DNA of 64,000 bases from Phycisphaerae bacterium (lineage in GTDB: Bacteria; Planctomycetota; Phycisphaerae; UBA1845). The position numbers and the translations under genes are program-made. Numbering within the stretch: the first letter of the stretch is position 1; every line of letters starts with the position of its first letter. The stretch is taken from the NCBI GenBank assembly GCA_029260215.1, contig JAJDDQ010000075.1:27127-91126 (forward strand), written 5' to 3'. This document shows positions 23,647-33,688 of this stretch, piece by piece. The notes under the pieces were generated by a model. That model made no database searches, was not told where the DNA came from, and saw nothing but the letters and a program-made list of their open reading frames with translations.

Positions 23647-25380
23647 TCAGCGAATCCAGCGCATCTGTCCGACGTTCGGAATGACGCCGTACTGCCCGAC
23701 CATCGGCAGCCAGTCTGGCCTGAGACCGGCGGGCCAATAGACGAAAAAGGCCTGGCCTACGAGCTGGTCTTCCGGGACCGTGCCTAGCTGGAATTCTTCG
23801 CCGCGTTCGACGAGGTGGGGGCCGGTCTCGTCCCACAGGCGAGAGTCCTTACTTGCGGGGCTGTTGTCGCCCATCATGAAGTATTCACCTTCACGCAGCA
23901 TGATCGGATGCCCAACGGTGCCCCAACCCGCGCTGGCCCATGCACCGACCTCGGATCGACTGTCGAATCGCGGGGCGGTGTAGAACACGTCGCGCAGGAG
24001 CGTTACGTGGAGCATTTCGAGGTCGAGGTCGTCTGCGTGAATGCGCGGAGGGCTGGACGCTCTGCCCCGGTGATTGTCGCGCAGGGCGCGAATGTCCGGC
24101 GCATACTGCTCGGCGGTCGATGCGAAAACTTGCAGGCCGTCGACGTAGGCTGCGACGCGGTAGTCGACGATTTCAAATGCGACTTCGAAGGGTTTTTCGG
24201 GGGCGAACGGTGCGAGGAGCAGCTCGTCAAGCACCTGCGAAAAGGTGCCGGTTTTTCGCGTAAGGATCACTCGGCCATCGGCGTGCAGACGCAGGATGAA
24301 TTCGTCGTCGTGCTTGCCTAGGGAAAATTCGACGGAGCCGTCGCCGGAGTGGGGTAGAACCACACATTCGATGCGGACGTCGGACACGAAGTCGAACTGT
24401 CGCGCGTGTGCCCAGATGTTGTAAGAATTGCGATCGATGATCGGCGTGCCGGCGAACTGAATCGAAGCTCGGCCTCCCTTGATCGTCAACCGGCGATCGT
24501 TGCTGTTCCAGCCATCGCCCGACTCGGGTTTGAGCGGCTCCCAGTAGGGCTGACGCGGGTCGAGCACCGCCGGGGGATAGTCGTGGTTGTAGACGTTCAG
24601 CCACAAGGACTGCTGCGCTGCTTCTGTCTTTCGGCAGACCTGCAATTTGTTGGCCAACTCGTCGAGCACGGCTTTCGGTGCGGGCGAAGCTAGTTGCCCT
24701 CGCTCGCCGGCGGAGACGGGCAACCCGCTGCGCAGCCGGTACTTGATGTGGCGGAGCTTTTCGAGTTCCGCGAGCGTGCTTTCGGTCAGCTCGGATCGGG
24801 GAACGCTGAACGCATCGCCGTCGATGATTTCGATGACTTCATCGGGCAGGCCAACAAGGCGTTTGATGAAGTTCTCGGTCGGCTCAGATGGATTCTTGAA
24901 GACGGTGACATCCCATCGGTTGGCTGCGACCTCAGCACCGCCGAAATCGAGAAGCCATTTGAACACGAGGATGCGATCGCCCGATTGAGCGTTGCTCCCC
25001 CCGCCGGATGAGCGCTTGTTACGCCGACCGCCGTCGTGGATGACGAGGTTTGTGTTGGCGTGGTTGCAGTTGCGACAATAGACGCGGGCGGAGGAATCGT
25101 ATTGCGGCTGGCGCGTGCCGAGGTCGGTCAGGCCGTAGACGTTTTCGAACCCGCAATCCTGACAGACGAGTGTGCCGTGTTTTCCGTAGAGCGAGCTGGC
25201 CATCGACCCGGTCGGAATGACGAAAGCTTCGACCACGAACGCGCGAAAAACGAACGCGAGCACGAACGCGATGACGATGGACTCAGCCGTGTCTTTGAAG
25301 GAATCCCCGCCGCCTCGTTTGGCTGCGATTACGGTTGAATCGCCGCTGCGACGATCGCGTTGAAGTTTGCCGTTACCCAT
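23647..25380 (-). CDS. lepB: signal peptidase I (S26 family), unusually long with CxxC...CxxC insert
   Basis: Boxes IPTGSMASSL, GDRILVFK, FIKRLVGLPDEVIEI and MGDNSPASKDSRLW. 577 aa. Confidence 0.85.
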   Translation of the reverse strand: MGNGKLQRDRRSGDSTVIAAKRGGGDSFKDTAESIVIAFVLAFVFRAFVVEAFVIPTGSMASSLYGKHGTLVCQDCGFENVYGLTDLGTRQPQYDSSARVYCRNCNHANTNLVIHDGGRRNKRSSGGGSNAQSGDRILVFKWLLDFGGAEVAANRWDVTVFKNPSEPTENFIKRLVGLPDEVIEIIDGDAFSVPRSELTESTLAELEKLRHIKYRLRSGLPVSAGERGQLASPAPKAVLDELANKLQVCRKTEAAQQSLWLNVYNHDYPPAVLDPRQPYWEPLKPESGDGWNSNDRRLTIKGGRASIQFAGTPIIDRNSYNIWAHARQFDFVSDVRIECVVLPHSGDGSVEFSLGKHDDEFILRLHADGRVILTRKTGTFSQVLDELLLAPFAPEKPFEVAFEIVDYRVAAYVDGLQVFASTAEQYAPDIRALRDNHRGRASSPPRIHADDLDLEMLHVTLLRDVFYTAPRFDSRSEVGAWASAGWGTVGHPIMLREGEYFMMGDNSPASKDSRLWDETGPHLVERGEEFQLGTVPEDQLVGQAFFVYWPAGLRPDWLPMVGQYGVIPNVGQMRWIR

Positions 25381-25632
25381 TGCTGAAAAATCACTCGCTA
25401 AGTCGGCGAACCCCGCGCCGGAAATTCGGAAAACCGAAACCTTATCGGTCGCGGGGGCGTTGCGTCAAGAAATCGTACGGGCGAGGCTGATTCGCGGTCC
25501 TCAGAATCAACCGACATGCCCCGCCTCTGAAGAGTCAATCGGCGAAGATGAGCGTAGAGTAAAAGGAACGTTTCCCGGCACATTCGTGGGCACAACGTCG
25601 GTCGTCGCACTGGGCCTGCCGCCGCGAGCCCG

Positions 25633-26949
25633 TTATTCGTGACGCAGAGCGTCGATCGGGTGCAGGATGGCGGCTTTGAACGCGGGGATCATTCCGAACA
25701 GCAGGCCCACCGCTGCGGAGAATCCGAGGGCGAGAATAATGGCCCAGGGCGGCACGTCTATTTCCACCATCATCGGGTGCAGGGAGGCGATCCGGCAGAT
25801 TGCGACTCCCAATGCGACGCCGAGCGACCCGCCGAGGGTGGTGAGCACGACGGCTTCGGTGAGAAATTGCAGCAGGATGTCGCGACGGCGACCGCCGACG
25901 CTTTTTCGCAAACCGATTTCGCGCGTGCGCTCGGTCACGGAAACGAGCATGATGTTCATCACGCCAATGCCTCCGACGATCAGCGAGATGCCCACGACGC
26001 CGGCCAGCACGCTGGTAGCGATCACTTTGACGCGCTCAAAATCGCGAAGCATCTCGTCCTGGCGGAAGATGCGGAAATCGTTCGGATCGCCCGGCTCCAG
26101 TCCGTGTCGCGAGCGCAGGACACGGCTGATCTGAAGCGAACATTCATCGACATCCTCTTCAGAGGTCGATTCGACGATGAAGGCCATGAACCTCGCCCAG
26201 AACGGGAACATTTTCAGCGCGGTCGTGAACGGCACGATGACCATCTGGTCCTGATTGCCGCCGAGCTGGTTGCCCTTTTCTTCCAGCACGCCGAGCACTC
26301 TGAAACGCAATCCGTTGATGAATACGTAGTCGCCGATGATTTTGTCATCGCAGTGCAGGCGTCTCAGAATATCGCGCCCGACAACGCAGACGTAGGCGGA
26401 CGAATCGACATCGATGGGGCCGAAGAAGCGGCCTTTTTCGACTTCGTAGTTGCGTATGGACTGAAACTGCTCGGTAGCGCCGCGCAGCTTGACGTCGCCC
26501 TGTTCGACCTTTTCTCGGCCAAACTCGACGGCAGCGGTACCGAAGATGAGCGGTGAGATGCGACGAACCTTGTCGCAGAGCGCTCCCACGGCGCGTACAT
26601 CGTCAACATCCATCCCGATGCGGCCCAAGAGCGCGCCGCGCGCACCCGGCGGTGTCCAGGGATGAACGAACATCATGTTCGTGCCGTATTCCCGGAGCAT
26701 GTCCGTGCCGAATTTTCCGAAGCTCTGCACGAGTGACACGACGACCACGGTGGACGTGACCGCGATAATGATGCCGAGCGTCGTCAGCAATGAACGCAGC
26801 TTGTTGGCCCATATCTGAACGAACGCGGTGAGGATGTTCTCAACGTTTCGATCGACGACGCTGTTGCCCCAGCGCAGCGTACGCACGAACACAGACGCCC
26901 GTGGGCGTTTGCGAGCCGATCGGTCAATCTGTGACAGGGCGGAGGACAT
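25633..26949 (-). CDS. ABC transporter permease, MacB/FtsX family
   Basis: ATG 26947-26949 (MSSALSQ...). N-terminal TM, large periplasmic domain and C-terminal FtsX 3-TM block ending TEAVVLTTLGG...AILHPIDALRHE. About 60% similar to the neighbouring permease. Confidence 0.85.
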   Translation of the reverse strand: MSSALSQIDRSARKRPRASVFVRTLRWGNSVVDRNVENILTAFVQIWANKLRSLLTTLGIIIAVTSTVVVVSLVQSFGKFGTDMLREYGTNMMFVHPWTPPGARGALLGRIGMDVDDVRAVGALCDKVRRISPLIFGTAAVEFGREKVEQGDVKLRGATEQFQSIRNYEVEKGRFFGPIDVDSSAYVCVVGRDILRRLHCDDKIIGDYVFINGLRFRVLGVLEEKGNQLGGNQDQMVIVPFTTALKMFPFWARFMAFIVESTSEEDVDECSLQISRVLRSRHGLEPGDPNDFRIFRQDEMLRDFERVKVIATSVLAGVVGISLIVGGIGVMNIMLVSVTERTREIGLRKSVGGRRRDILLQFLTEAVVLTTLGGSLGVALGVAICRIASLHPMMVEIDVPPWAIILALGFSAAVGLLFGMIPAFKAAILHPIDALRHE

Positions 26950-27002
26950 TAGAATAAACACACACTGACAATGGGAGCCATTCACTCCTGCGGAACCGGA
27001 CG

Positions 27003-28277
27003 TTACTCGTGACGCAGCGCGTCGATCGGATGCAGAATCGCAGCCTTGAATGCCGGCACGAGACCAAACACAACGCCCGTCCCTGCGGAAAACCCGATTC
27101 CCAGCACGACGGACCACGATGAAACCTGAACCTCGACCATCTGCGGATGCAGAGCAGCCAGGTTGGTCAGCACATACCCGAACCCAACACCGATCGCCCC
27201 GCCGAACGTACACAGGACGACGGCTTCGGTGAGAAACTGCGTGAGGATGTCCCGCCTGCGCCCGCCGACGCTCTTGCGCAACCCGATTTCGCGCGTGCGC
27301 TCGGTCACCGAAACGAGCATGACGTTCATAATGCCGATACCGCCCACCAAGAGCGAAATACTGACGATGCCGGCCAGCACGCCGGTGGCGATGTTGCGCA
27401 CCTTATCGAACTGTTTCAGTTCCTGATCCTGACGGTCGATTCGGAAATCGTCCGGTTGGCCTGCCTGAATCGTGTGCCGCTCGCGCAGGACGCGATTGAT
27501 CTGCGCTTCCGCGGAGCCGATGTGATCTTCGTCAATCGCTTCAGCCAAGAACGGTACCTGGTCCCGCCTCTCAGGCCAAAGCTTCAGCGAGGTCGTGTAG
27601 GGAATCATGACCGTCTTGTCCTGATCGTCTCCGAAGACGCTGCCCTTGGATTGCAATAATCCGAGAACCAGAAAACGGGCATCGCCGATCTGCACATAAT
27701 CGCCGATGATGGACTCGTCGCATTCGAGAAGCTGCAACAGCGAGCGACCGAGAACGCAAACGTACGCACCATTGTCAACGTCCACAGGCCCGAAGAACCG
27801 TCCCGCGTCCACGAAGAAATTGCGAATGGTCTGGTAGTGCTCGGTCACGCCGCGGATGGGGATATCCTCTGCGGTTTCGGAAGCGTAGGCTACCTCCGCC
27901 TGCGCAAACACGAACGGCGTGATGCGGCGAAGGTCGGTACACTCCGTGCGGACTGCTTCGATATCGCGAATGTTGAGCGTCACACGTCGCATGCCCCGGC
28001 CGCGCATGGCTGGTGGCACGTAGGGATTGACGATCATGTATTGCGTGCCGTATCCACGGAGCATTTTGGTCAGGTATTGGCCAAAGCCGTCCACAAGCGA
28101 AACGACCGTTATGATCGACGTGACGGCGATCACAATCCCAAGCGTCGTAAGAACGGATCGCCCCTTGTTGGCCCAAATCTGAACGAACGCGGTCAGGACG
28201 TTCTGCCCGGTGCGCAGCAGTGTGGAGGTAGAAGCGCGCACCAACCGACCCGGGAATCGAAGAATCCGGCCGATCAT
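27003..28277 (-). CDS. ABC transporter permease, MacB/FtsX family (paralogue)
   Basis: ATG 28275-28277 overlaps the ATPase stop (ATGA). Same architecture, ending ...AILHPIDALRHE. Confidence 0.85.
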   Translation of the reverse strand: MIGRILRFPGRLVRASTSTLLRTGQNVLTAFVQIWANKGRSVLTTLGIVIAVTSIITVVSLVDGFGQYLTKMLRGYGTQYMIVNPYVPPAMRGRGMRRVTLNIRDIEAVRTECTDLRRITPFVFAQAEVAYASETAEDIPIRGVTEHYQTIRNFFVDAGRFFGPVDVDNGAYVCVLGRSLLQLLECDESIIGDYVQIGDARFLVLGLLQSKGSVFGDDQDKTVMIPYTTSLKLWPERRDQVPFLAEAIDEDHIGSAEAQINRVLRERHTIQAGQPDDFRIDRQDQELKQFDKVRNIATGVLAGIVSISLLVGGIGIMNVMLVSVTERTREIGLRKSVGGRRRDILTQFLTEAVVLCTFGGAIGVGFGYVLTNLAALHPQMVEVQVSSWSVVLGIGFSAGTGVVFGLVPAFKAAILHPIDALRHE

Positions 28278-29014
28278 GCGACGGTGGCCTTTTCCTGGAT
28301 CGGGTTGGTTGCGGGCGCCGGCGTCTGCCGCGTGTCGGAGGCGATTCTGCCATCGAGCAAACGAATTACGCGGTGACAACGGGCTGCGATGCCCTCCTCG
28401 TGCGTGACCACGATGATCGTCTGCCCTTCCGTGTGCAGAGAATCGAAGATGGCCATGATTTCGTCGCCGGTCTTGCTGTCCAGATTCCCCGTGGGTTCGT
28501 CGGCCAGGATGATGTCCGGCTCCTGTGCGAGGGCGCGGGCGATGGCCACGCGTTGTTTCTGCCCGCCGGAAAGCTGATTCGGGCGGTGTGTGGCCCGATC
28601 CGTCAGGCCGACGCGTTCCAGAGCGGCGAGCGCTCGCCGTTTCTTGTTCGATGTTTGCGCGTACATCATGGGAAGCTGCACGTTTTTGAGCGCGGTGGTG
28701 CGCGGGAGCAGTTCGAATGTCTGAAACACGAATCCGATGCGCGTCCCCCGGATGCGGGCCAACTTGGATTGGCTAAGTCTGGACACGTCATGCCCGCTCA
28801 ATAGATACGAGCCTCGCGAAGCGATATCCAGACATCCCAGAATGTTCATCATGGTGCTCTTGCCCGACCCGCTAGGCCCCATAATGGCGACGTACTCGTT
28901 CTCATTGATCGATAGCGAAACGCCGCGCAAAGCGCGCACGATTTCCGTGCCGACGCGGTAGTTCTTCTCCACGTCGATCAACTGGATTACGGTTTGCGCA
29001 TCGCCCGCGATCAA
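28274..29014 (-). CDS. ABC transporter ATP-binding protein (MacB/LolD-type)
   Basis: Walker A GPSGSGKST, signature LSGGQKQRVAIARAL, Walker B IILADEPTGNLD. The TTG start overlaps the adaptor stop. Confidence 0.93.
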   Translation of the reverse strand: MIAGDAQTVIQLIDVEKNYRVGTEIVRALRGVSLSINENEYVAIMGPSGSGKSTMMNILGCLDIASRGSYLLSGHDVSRLSQSKLARIRGTRIGFVFQTFELLPRTTALKNVQLPMMYAQTSNKKRRALAALERVGLTDRATHRPNQLSGGQKQRVAIARALAQEPDIILADEPTGNLDSKTGDEIMAIFDSLHTEGQTIIVVTHEEGIAARCHRVIRLLDGRIASDTRQTPAPATNPIQEKATVA

Positions 29015-30366
29015 GGTTTTTCCCCCTGCGCCAACGCGGCGTCATCGTCTTCAGCCTCCGCATCGCTTTCGGAATCGTCGGCGGGTTCGAGAAGTTCTTT
29101 ATCCTCGTCGGCCACCGTAACCTTCTTGCCGTCTTCAAGCTGATCGAGACTGCGGTACGGGCCTATGATGACAAGGTCGTCCATGCCGATGCCCGATTTC
29201 AACTCGACGCGGCGCGTGTCGGCGATACCGGGATCGACCAGGCGGACCGCCGCCTTTCCATCCTCGATCACGTATATGACTTTGATAAATTGGGCGTGAC
29301 GGGCTCGATCGGACAGGTCGGTGTTCTCCTGCCGCTCGTTAAATTCCTTCACGATTTCCTCGGACAGCTCCTTACGCATGCGGTGAATGACAGCTTCGAC
29401 GGGCACGGTGACCGCACCATCGCTTTGGGCAACTTCGATTTCGGTGTTGGCTGTCATGCCCGATTTGATACGCGGATCGTTCGACAAAACCTTGAGCAGC
29501 GTTTCAAAAGTCACCACATCGCGACCGCTCAACCGCGTGCCCTTGGTCGCGACGCGCACGACCTCAGCGGGGATGGGTACTTCCGAATCAGCCTGAAGAT
29601 AGATTCGCGCTTTTTGACCGGGTTTGACCAGTGGCACGTCCACTTCGTCCACGCGTGCCCGCACCTGCATCTCCGCCAGATCGCTGATGACCATGACCAC
29701 GGTTCCTGCGTTGTTCATCGTGCCCGTGACCACGACCTCGCCCTGCTCGGCGTTCAGCTTGGCTACGATGCCGTCGATCGGCGATTCGATGACCGCCCGC
29801 GTGAGGTCTTCAAGGATGCGTTTCTCACCGGCCTGGGCTTGCGTCAATTCATGCTGGCGCATCGAGAGTGTGGCTTTTGCTTTCAAATGCGTGGTCAGGT
29901 AGTCGGCCATTTCGAGCGAGGAGGTCGCGTTGGTTTCCGCGAGACGCTTCTGACGTTCGAGATCGCGTGAGGCTTTGTCAACGTCGGGCCTGGCTACGTC
30001 GATGGCGGATCGCAACTGCGCGATACGCGCCCGGGCCGATTCCAGTTCGGCCAGCAACTTGTCGTCGTCAAGGCGGCAGAGCAGGTCGCCCTTTTTGACG
30101 AAATCGCCTTCCTCCACCGGCAATTCCTCGATCCGCGCGACGATCTCCGAACTGATTTCGACTTCAACCACCGGCTCGACTTCGCCCGGAGCCTGCACCA
30201 GACGCACGATCGATTCCTCTTCCGGGCGGGCGATGTTTACGGTCAGCGCGACGTCCTCAGCCACATTCAGAAGCGGCTTGTCGCCGTCCTCGGAGCGGAG
30301 TTTCCCAAGCGCGAACACGCCCACCGAGATTCCAACGAGCACCAAGAGTATCAACAGACCTCGCAT
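29011..30366 (-). CDS. efflux transporter periplasmic adaptor subunit (MacA/HlyD family) with acidic C-terminal tail
   Basis: Signal-anchor MRGLLILLVLVGISVGVFAL, lipoyl-like hairpin (GDFVKKGDLLCRLDD), coiled coil and beta-barrel segments. ATG 30364-30366 follows GGGGAG; an alternative ATG lies at 30387. Confidence 0.85.
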   Translation of the reverse strand: MRGLLILLVLVGISVGVFALGKLRSEDGDKPLLNVAEDVALTVNIARPEEESIVRLVQAPGEVEPVVEVEISSEIVARIEELPVEEGDFVKKGDLLCRLDDDKLLAELESARARIAQLRSAIDVARPDVDKASRDLERQKRLAETNATSSLEMADYLTTHLKAKATLSMRQHELTQAQAGEKRILEDLTRAVIESPIDGIVAKLNAEQGEVVVTGTMNNAGTVVMVISDLAEMQVRARVDEVDVPLVKPGQKARIYLQADSEVPIPAEVVRVATKGTRLSGRDVVTFETLLKVLSNDPRIKSGMTANTEIEVAQSDGAVTVPVEAVIHRMRKELSEEIVKEFNERQENTDLSDRARHAQFIKVIYVIEDGKAAVRLVDPGIADTRRVELKSGIGMDDLVIIGPYRSLDQLEDGKKVTVADEDKELLEPADDSESDAEAEDDDAALAQGEKP

Positions 30367-30443
30367 GACAAAACTCCCCTGCCACATTCACATCGGACAC
30401 GTGTTCGAATCGCCGTTTCCGCAATGCAATCACGCAGCACGTT

Positions 30444-31247
30444 TCAAAACCCCGGAGCATACTCCATCGCCACGCGGACGCCGGAGGCGACGACGAAAGA
30501 AAGCACACAAATCGCAACCGCAATCCGCCGACTCAATTGCTGCGTCACGATCAAGCCCAACGCCATCAGACACCAGAACCACGCACGAAACGGATCGATG
30601 CCAGCCAATACCGTCGGCTCACCCGCGTTGGCCAAGGCGCGCAGCGACGTGTCGATATCCATCCGCCGGTAGTAAAACAGCATGGCCGTGTTTAGAGCGC
30701 TGGCCACCAGATCGATGAAACCGGCGTACACACAGATGGACATAAGCGTGTGCCATTCCGGCTTGCGACCGGACAAAGCCACGATCGCGTACAACATCGA
30801 AGAGACCAACAAAAAGGAGGCCATCATGCCGATCGGCGTCAGGACGACCGGTTGCAGACGGGCCAGCGTCTTGTTGAACTCGCCCTGCTTGCGGGCGTCT
30901 TCCAGAGACTGGCGAAGTGCGATACGGTCGACGAGTACGCCGGTGGAAGACTCGATCCGCGCCAGCTCCTTTTCCGTGTGCTTGTCGATGGCTGCGTCGA
31001 TAAGCCCGGACTGCACGAGCAGATAGCCCATCAACGTCGCCAGGGTGAGCAGCACGACCAGCGACCATCCGTAGGCGGCGGTGTCCTCGATCCGGGAGAA
31101 CACCCGCCCCGGCGCCACAAGCACGCGAAGACCGTCGAGCACACCCAATTCGCCCGAATCATCGTCTCGCCTGTCGTTCGTTTCAGTTGCGGTCGTCGTC
31201 AAGAGCATGAATTCCTGCTTCGCACCCAACCACGGGGCGCGATTCAC
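30444..31247 (-). CDS. Yip1-like multi-pass membrane protein (start uncertain: GTG 31247 or ATG 31208)
   Basis: Five predicted TM segments with a charged helical loop. Weak resemblance to bacterial Yip1/DUF1282 proteins. Confidence 0.5.
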   Translation of the reverse strand: MNRAPWLGAKQEFMLLTTTATETNDRRDDDSGELGVLDGLRVLVAPGRVFSRIEDTAAYGWSLVVLLTLATLMGYLLVQSGLIDAAIDKHTEKELARIESSTGVLVDRIALRQSLEDARKQGEFNKTLARLQPVVLTPIGMMASFLLVSSMLYAIVALSGRKPEWHTLMSICVYAGFIDLVASALNTAMLFYYRRMDIDTSLRALANAGEPTVLAGIDPFRAWFWCLMALGLIVTQQLSRRIAVAICVLSFVVASGVRVAMEYAPGF

Positions 31248-31484
31248 CAGCGGCGATCATAAACGTAATTCGCAAAACGTGCGGAAGTATTCCGCCCAGC
31301 GTGATTCTTTCGCACACTCGGCGACAAGTCCTGACACACGGTCATACGCACGCAGCCCGCGTGGCCGTCAATGGAATCGCTCGCTCGGGCCATCTGCCGA
31401 TCGGGTTCGCGACATGGTTTGGAATCGATGGCATAATGACGCGGGTCTTGAGTTTTGAAATTTACGCACGATGGGCAGGGTGTC

Positions 31485-32348
31485 ATGACACTGTTATACG
31501 CGAATCGAATCCATGAGCAGACTCGTCGTACCAGCCGATGGATTATCGGCGGGCTGATCGTACTCTCAAGCGTGCTGCCCGCGACGGCATCCGCCCAGAA
31601 TTACACCGCTGCCTTCGAGGGTTTGACCAGGCCAAGTCGCGATGTGGAGCTTGTTCTGCGCGTTTCGGGGGTGTTGGCCAAACTGCCCGTTTCGCCGGGC
31701 ACGCGCGTCGCCGCCGGCGATCTGGTGGCTGAGCTGAAGAGCGATCTAGAACGACAATCCCTGGAAATCGCCCGGTTGAAATCCGAAAGCGACCATCAAA
31801 TCCGCCTCGCGAAGACGGCCCGGAAGCTCAAGCAAACGGAGCTGAACCAACTCGAAGAACTCGCTTCCAAACAGGCTGCCAGCCAGTGGGAGGTGGAGAC
31901 GACGCGCGTCGAGGTCGAGCTTGAACAGGTGCGCATCGAGGCGGCTGTTTTCGAAAAACAACTGGCTGCGGCGGACTATGCACGCGAAAAACTCCTCCTT
32001 AACGAGCGGCGGCTGCTCGCCCCGTTCGACGGATCCATTCAACGCACGCTCAAGGATGTCGGTGAAGGCGTGGCCGACCTGGAGCCGATCGTCGTGCTGG
32101 TGGCGCTCGATCCCATCCGGGTCGAGTGCAACCTGCCCGCCGATATGTTCGGCTTGGTCAACGTCCGAACGGCTGCGGTGGTCGAATCTTCGACCGTCAC
32201 ACGCGGCGGAAACGTCGTCGCAGCCGACCCCTCGGTTGACGCAGCCTCCGACACATTTCGCGTCATCATCGAAGTGCCGAACAAAGACGGCGCGATCACA
32301 GCCGGCGTGGCGGCGAAGGTGCGATTCGACCTTGCCGATTCCAACTGA
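31485..32348 (+). CDS. HlyD/RND-type periplasmic adaptor (membrane fusion) protein
   Basis: Signal-anchor RWIIGGLIVLSSVLPATASA, lipoyl-like motif PGTRVAAGDLVAELK, coiled coil, LLAPFDGSIQ, beta-barrel tail. Confidence 0.75.
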   Translation: MTLLYANRIHEQTRRTSRWIIGGLIVLSSVLPATASAQNYTAAFEGLTRPSRDVELVLRVSGVLAKLPVSPGTRVAAGDLVAELKSDLERQSLEIARLKSESDHQIRLAKTARKLKQTELNQLEELASKQAASQWEVETTRVEVELEQVRIEAAVFEKQLAAADYAREKLLLNERRLLAPFDGSIQRTLKDVGEGVADLEPIVVLVALDPIRVECNLPADMFGLVNVRTAAVVESSTVTRGGNVVAADPSVDAASDTFRVIIEVPNKDGAITAGVAAKVRFDLADSN

Positions 32349-32390
32349 TCGCGGGGTGACGGCGCAGCCGATTCGCGTCGCGACGGATCG

Positions 32391-33665
32391 CTACTTGAGC
32401 TTGAACTTGGCCAACACGGGGTTGTGGTCCGATCCGCTGGCCTCCAAAGTCGAGTCTCGAACGGTGTAGGACTTGTCCACATACCGGCTGGCCATCGCGG
32501 GCGAGCAGAGGATGAAGTCGATCATTGAGAGATAGGGCTTGCGGTTGTAGGTGATGCGCGTGTCTTCGGGCAGTTGATCCGCGAAGCTGCGCAGTGCGTA
32601 CTCACCCGTGCCCACGACGGTCTTGAGCGTTTCGCTTTCCCATGTATCGTTGAAATCGCCGCAGACCACGAACGAGGCGCTGGAGTCGTTACGCAGGATG
32701 CCATCGAGAATCCCGCGCAGCGCCTTGGACTCGTTGACGCGCACCGGCTCGGCGTACTTGCGACCGTCGTGGTTGCTCTTGAGATGGACGACGAACATAT
32801 CGAATGCTTTGCCGCCGTTCGGTTCGACGCGAACCTGAAGGATATCGCGAGAAAAACTGCGCTTGTGGTCGCTGTCTTTGGGGAACCGCAAATGGCGATA
32901 CGAGGTAACCGGGCCAATTGGGATGCGCGAAATCAAGCACACATCGCTGCCCCGCAGATCGTTTCCCTCGAAATGCACAACGTACTCGTAGCCCATATCG
33001 GACAGGAAAACGTCGAGGAACCGCTGAAGGTAGCCACGGTTTTCGACCTCCTGCAGCGCGACAACGTCCGCGTTCATGCGGCGGATGACTTTGGCAACGC
33101 GTTCCATCTCCGAACGCGGCTTGGCTGGTGTGGTGTCGTCGCTGTGGTACGGGCAGTCGTCGCTGTCGTACAGGTTGCGGATGTTGTACGTGGCGACCGT
33201 GATCCCGTTCTTCGGCGAAAAGGTCATCGCCTTGGTAGGTGCCGTCTCGGGCAGCGTTTCGAGCACACGAATCTGATCCGGCGAAGTTACTTGAATCTGC
33301 GGCTTGCCCGCGTACCGCGTGACGAACCCGCGAACCTCTATATTTTTGCCCGTGTAGAGCGATTCGAGGCTTCCCGGGAAGTTCGGCAGATACCGATCGA
33401 AAACCACCAGCTTGAAAATGTTGCGGCGATCCCGATCGGTGTCGAAGTTGACGAAGTGGATGGTGCGTGAGTGACCGACACCCGCCACCTGGCCGCTGAC
33501 GTAGGCGATGCGTCCTACGACACTCTCGGCATCCAGCCAGCCTACATGCGGCAATCCTTCATCAGGTCCGATCTCGATCTCGACGTCGCCGGCTTGGGTT
33601 GAAACATTCAATGCGAAACAGGCAGCCAGAATCGCGGCTGCTGAGGTGTGACGAAACCGACGCAT
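32391..33665 (-). CDS. secreted endonuclease/exonuclease/phosphatase (EEP) family protein with N-terminal OB-like domain
   Basis: ATG 33663-33665 gives signal peptide MRRFRHTSAAAILAACFALNVSTQAG. EEP motifs TVATYNIRNLYD, DVVALQEVEN, VVHLKS, VCGDFND and ASGSDHNPV. Confidence 0.8.
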   Translation of the reverse strand: MRRFRHTSAAAILAACFALNVSTQAGDVEIEIGPDEGLPHVGWLDAESVVGRIAYVSGQVAGVGHSRTIHFVNFDTDRDRRNIFKLVVFDRYLPNFPGSLESLYTGKNIEVRGFVTRYAGKPQIQVTSPDQIRVLETLPETAPTKAMTFSPKNGITVATYNIRNLYDSDDCPYHSDDTTPAKPRSEMERVAKVIRRMNADVVALQEVENRGYLQRFLDVFLSDMGYEYVVHFEGNDLRGSDVCLISRIPIGPVTSYRHLRFPKDSDHKRSFSRDILQVRVEPNGGKAFDMFVVHLKSNHDGRKYAEPVRVNESKALRGILDGILRNDSSASFVVCGDFNDTWESETLKTVVGTGEYALRSFADQLPEDTRITYNRKPYLSMIDFILCSPAMASRYVDKSYTVRDSTLEASGSDHNPVLAKFKLK

Positions 33666-33688
33666 GTCGAAATCCTTTTGTTGTGAGA

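Noticed and set aside
30403-30411. GTTCGAATC, a tRNA T-loop-like string in the 56-nt gap between the adaptor and Yip1-like genes
   Set aside because: The flanks cannot form acceptor or anticodon stems and the gap is too short for a tRNA. No other tRNA-like structure was found by eye in the intergenic regions.
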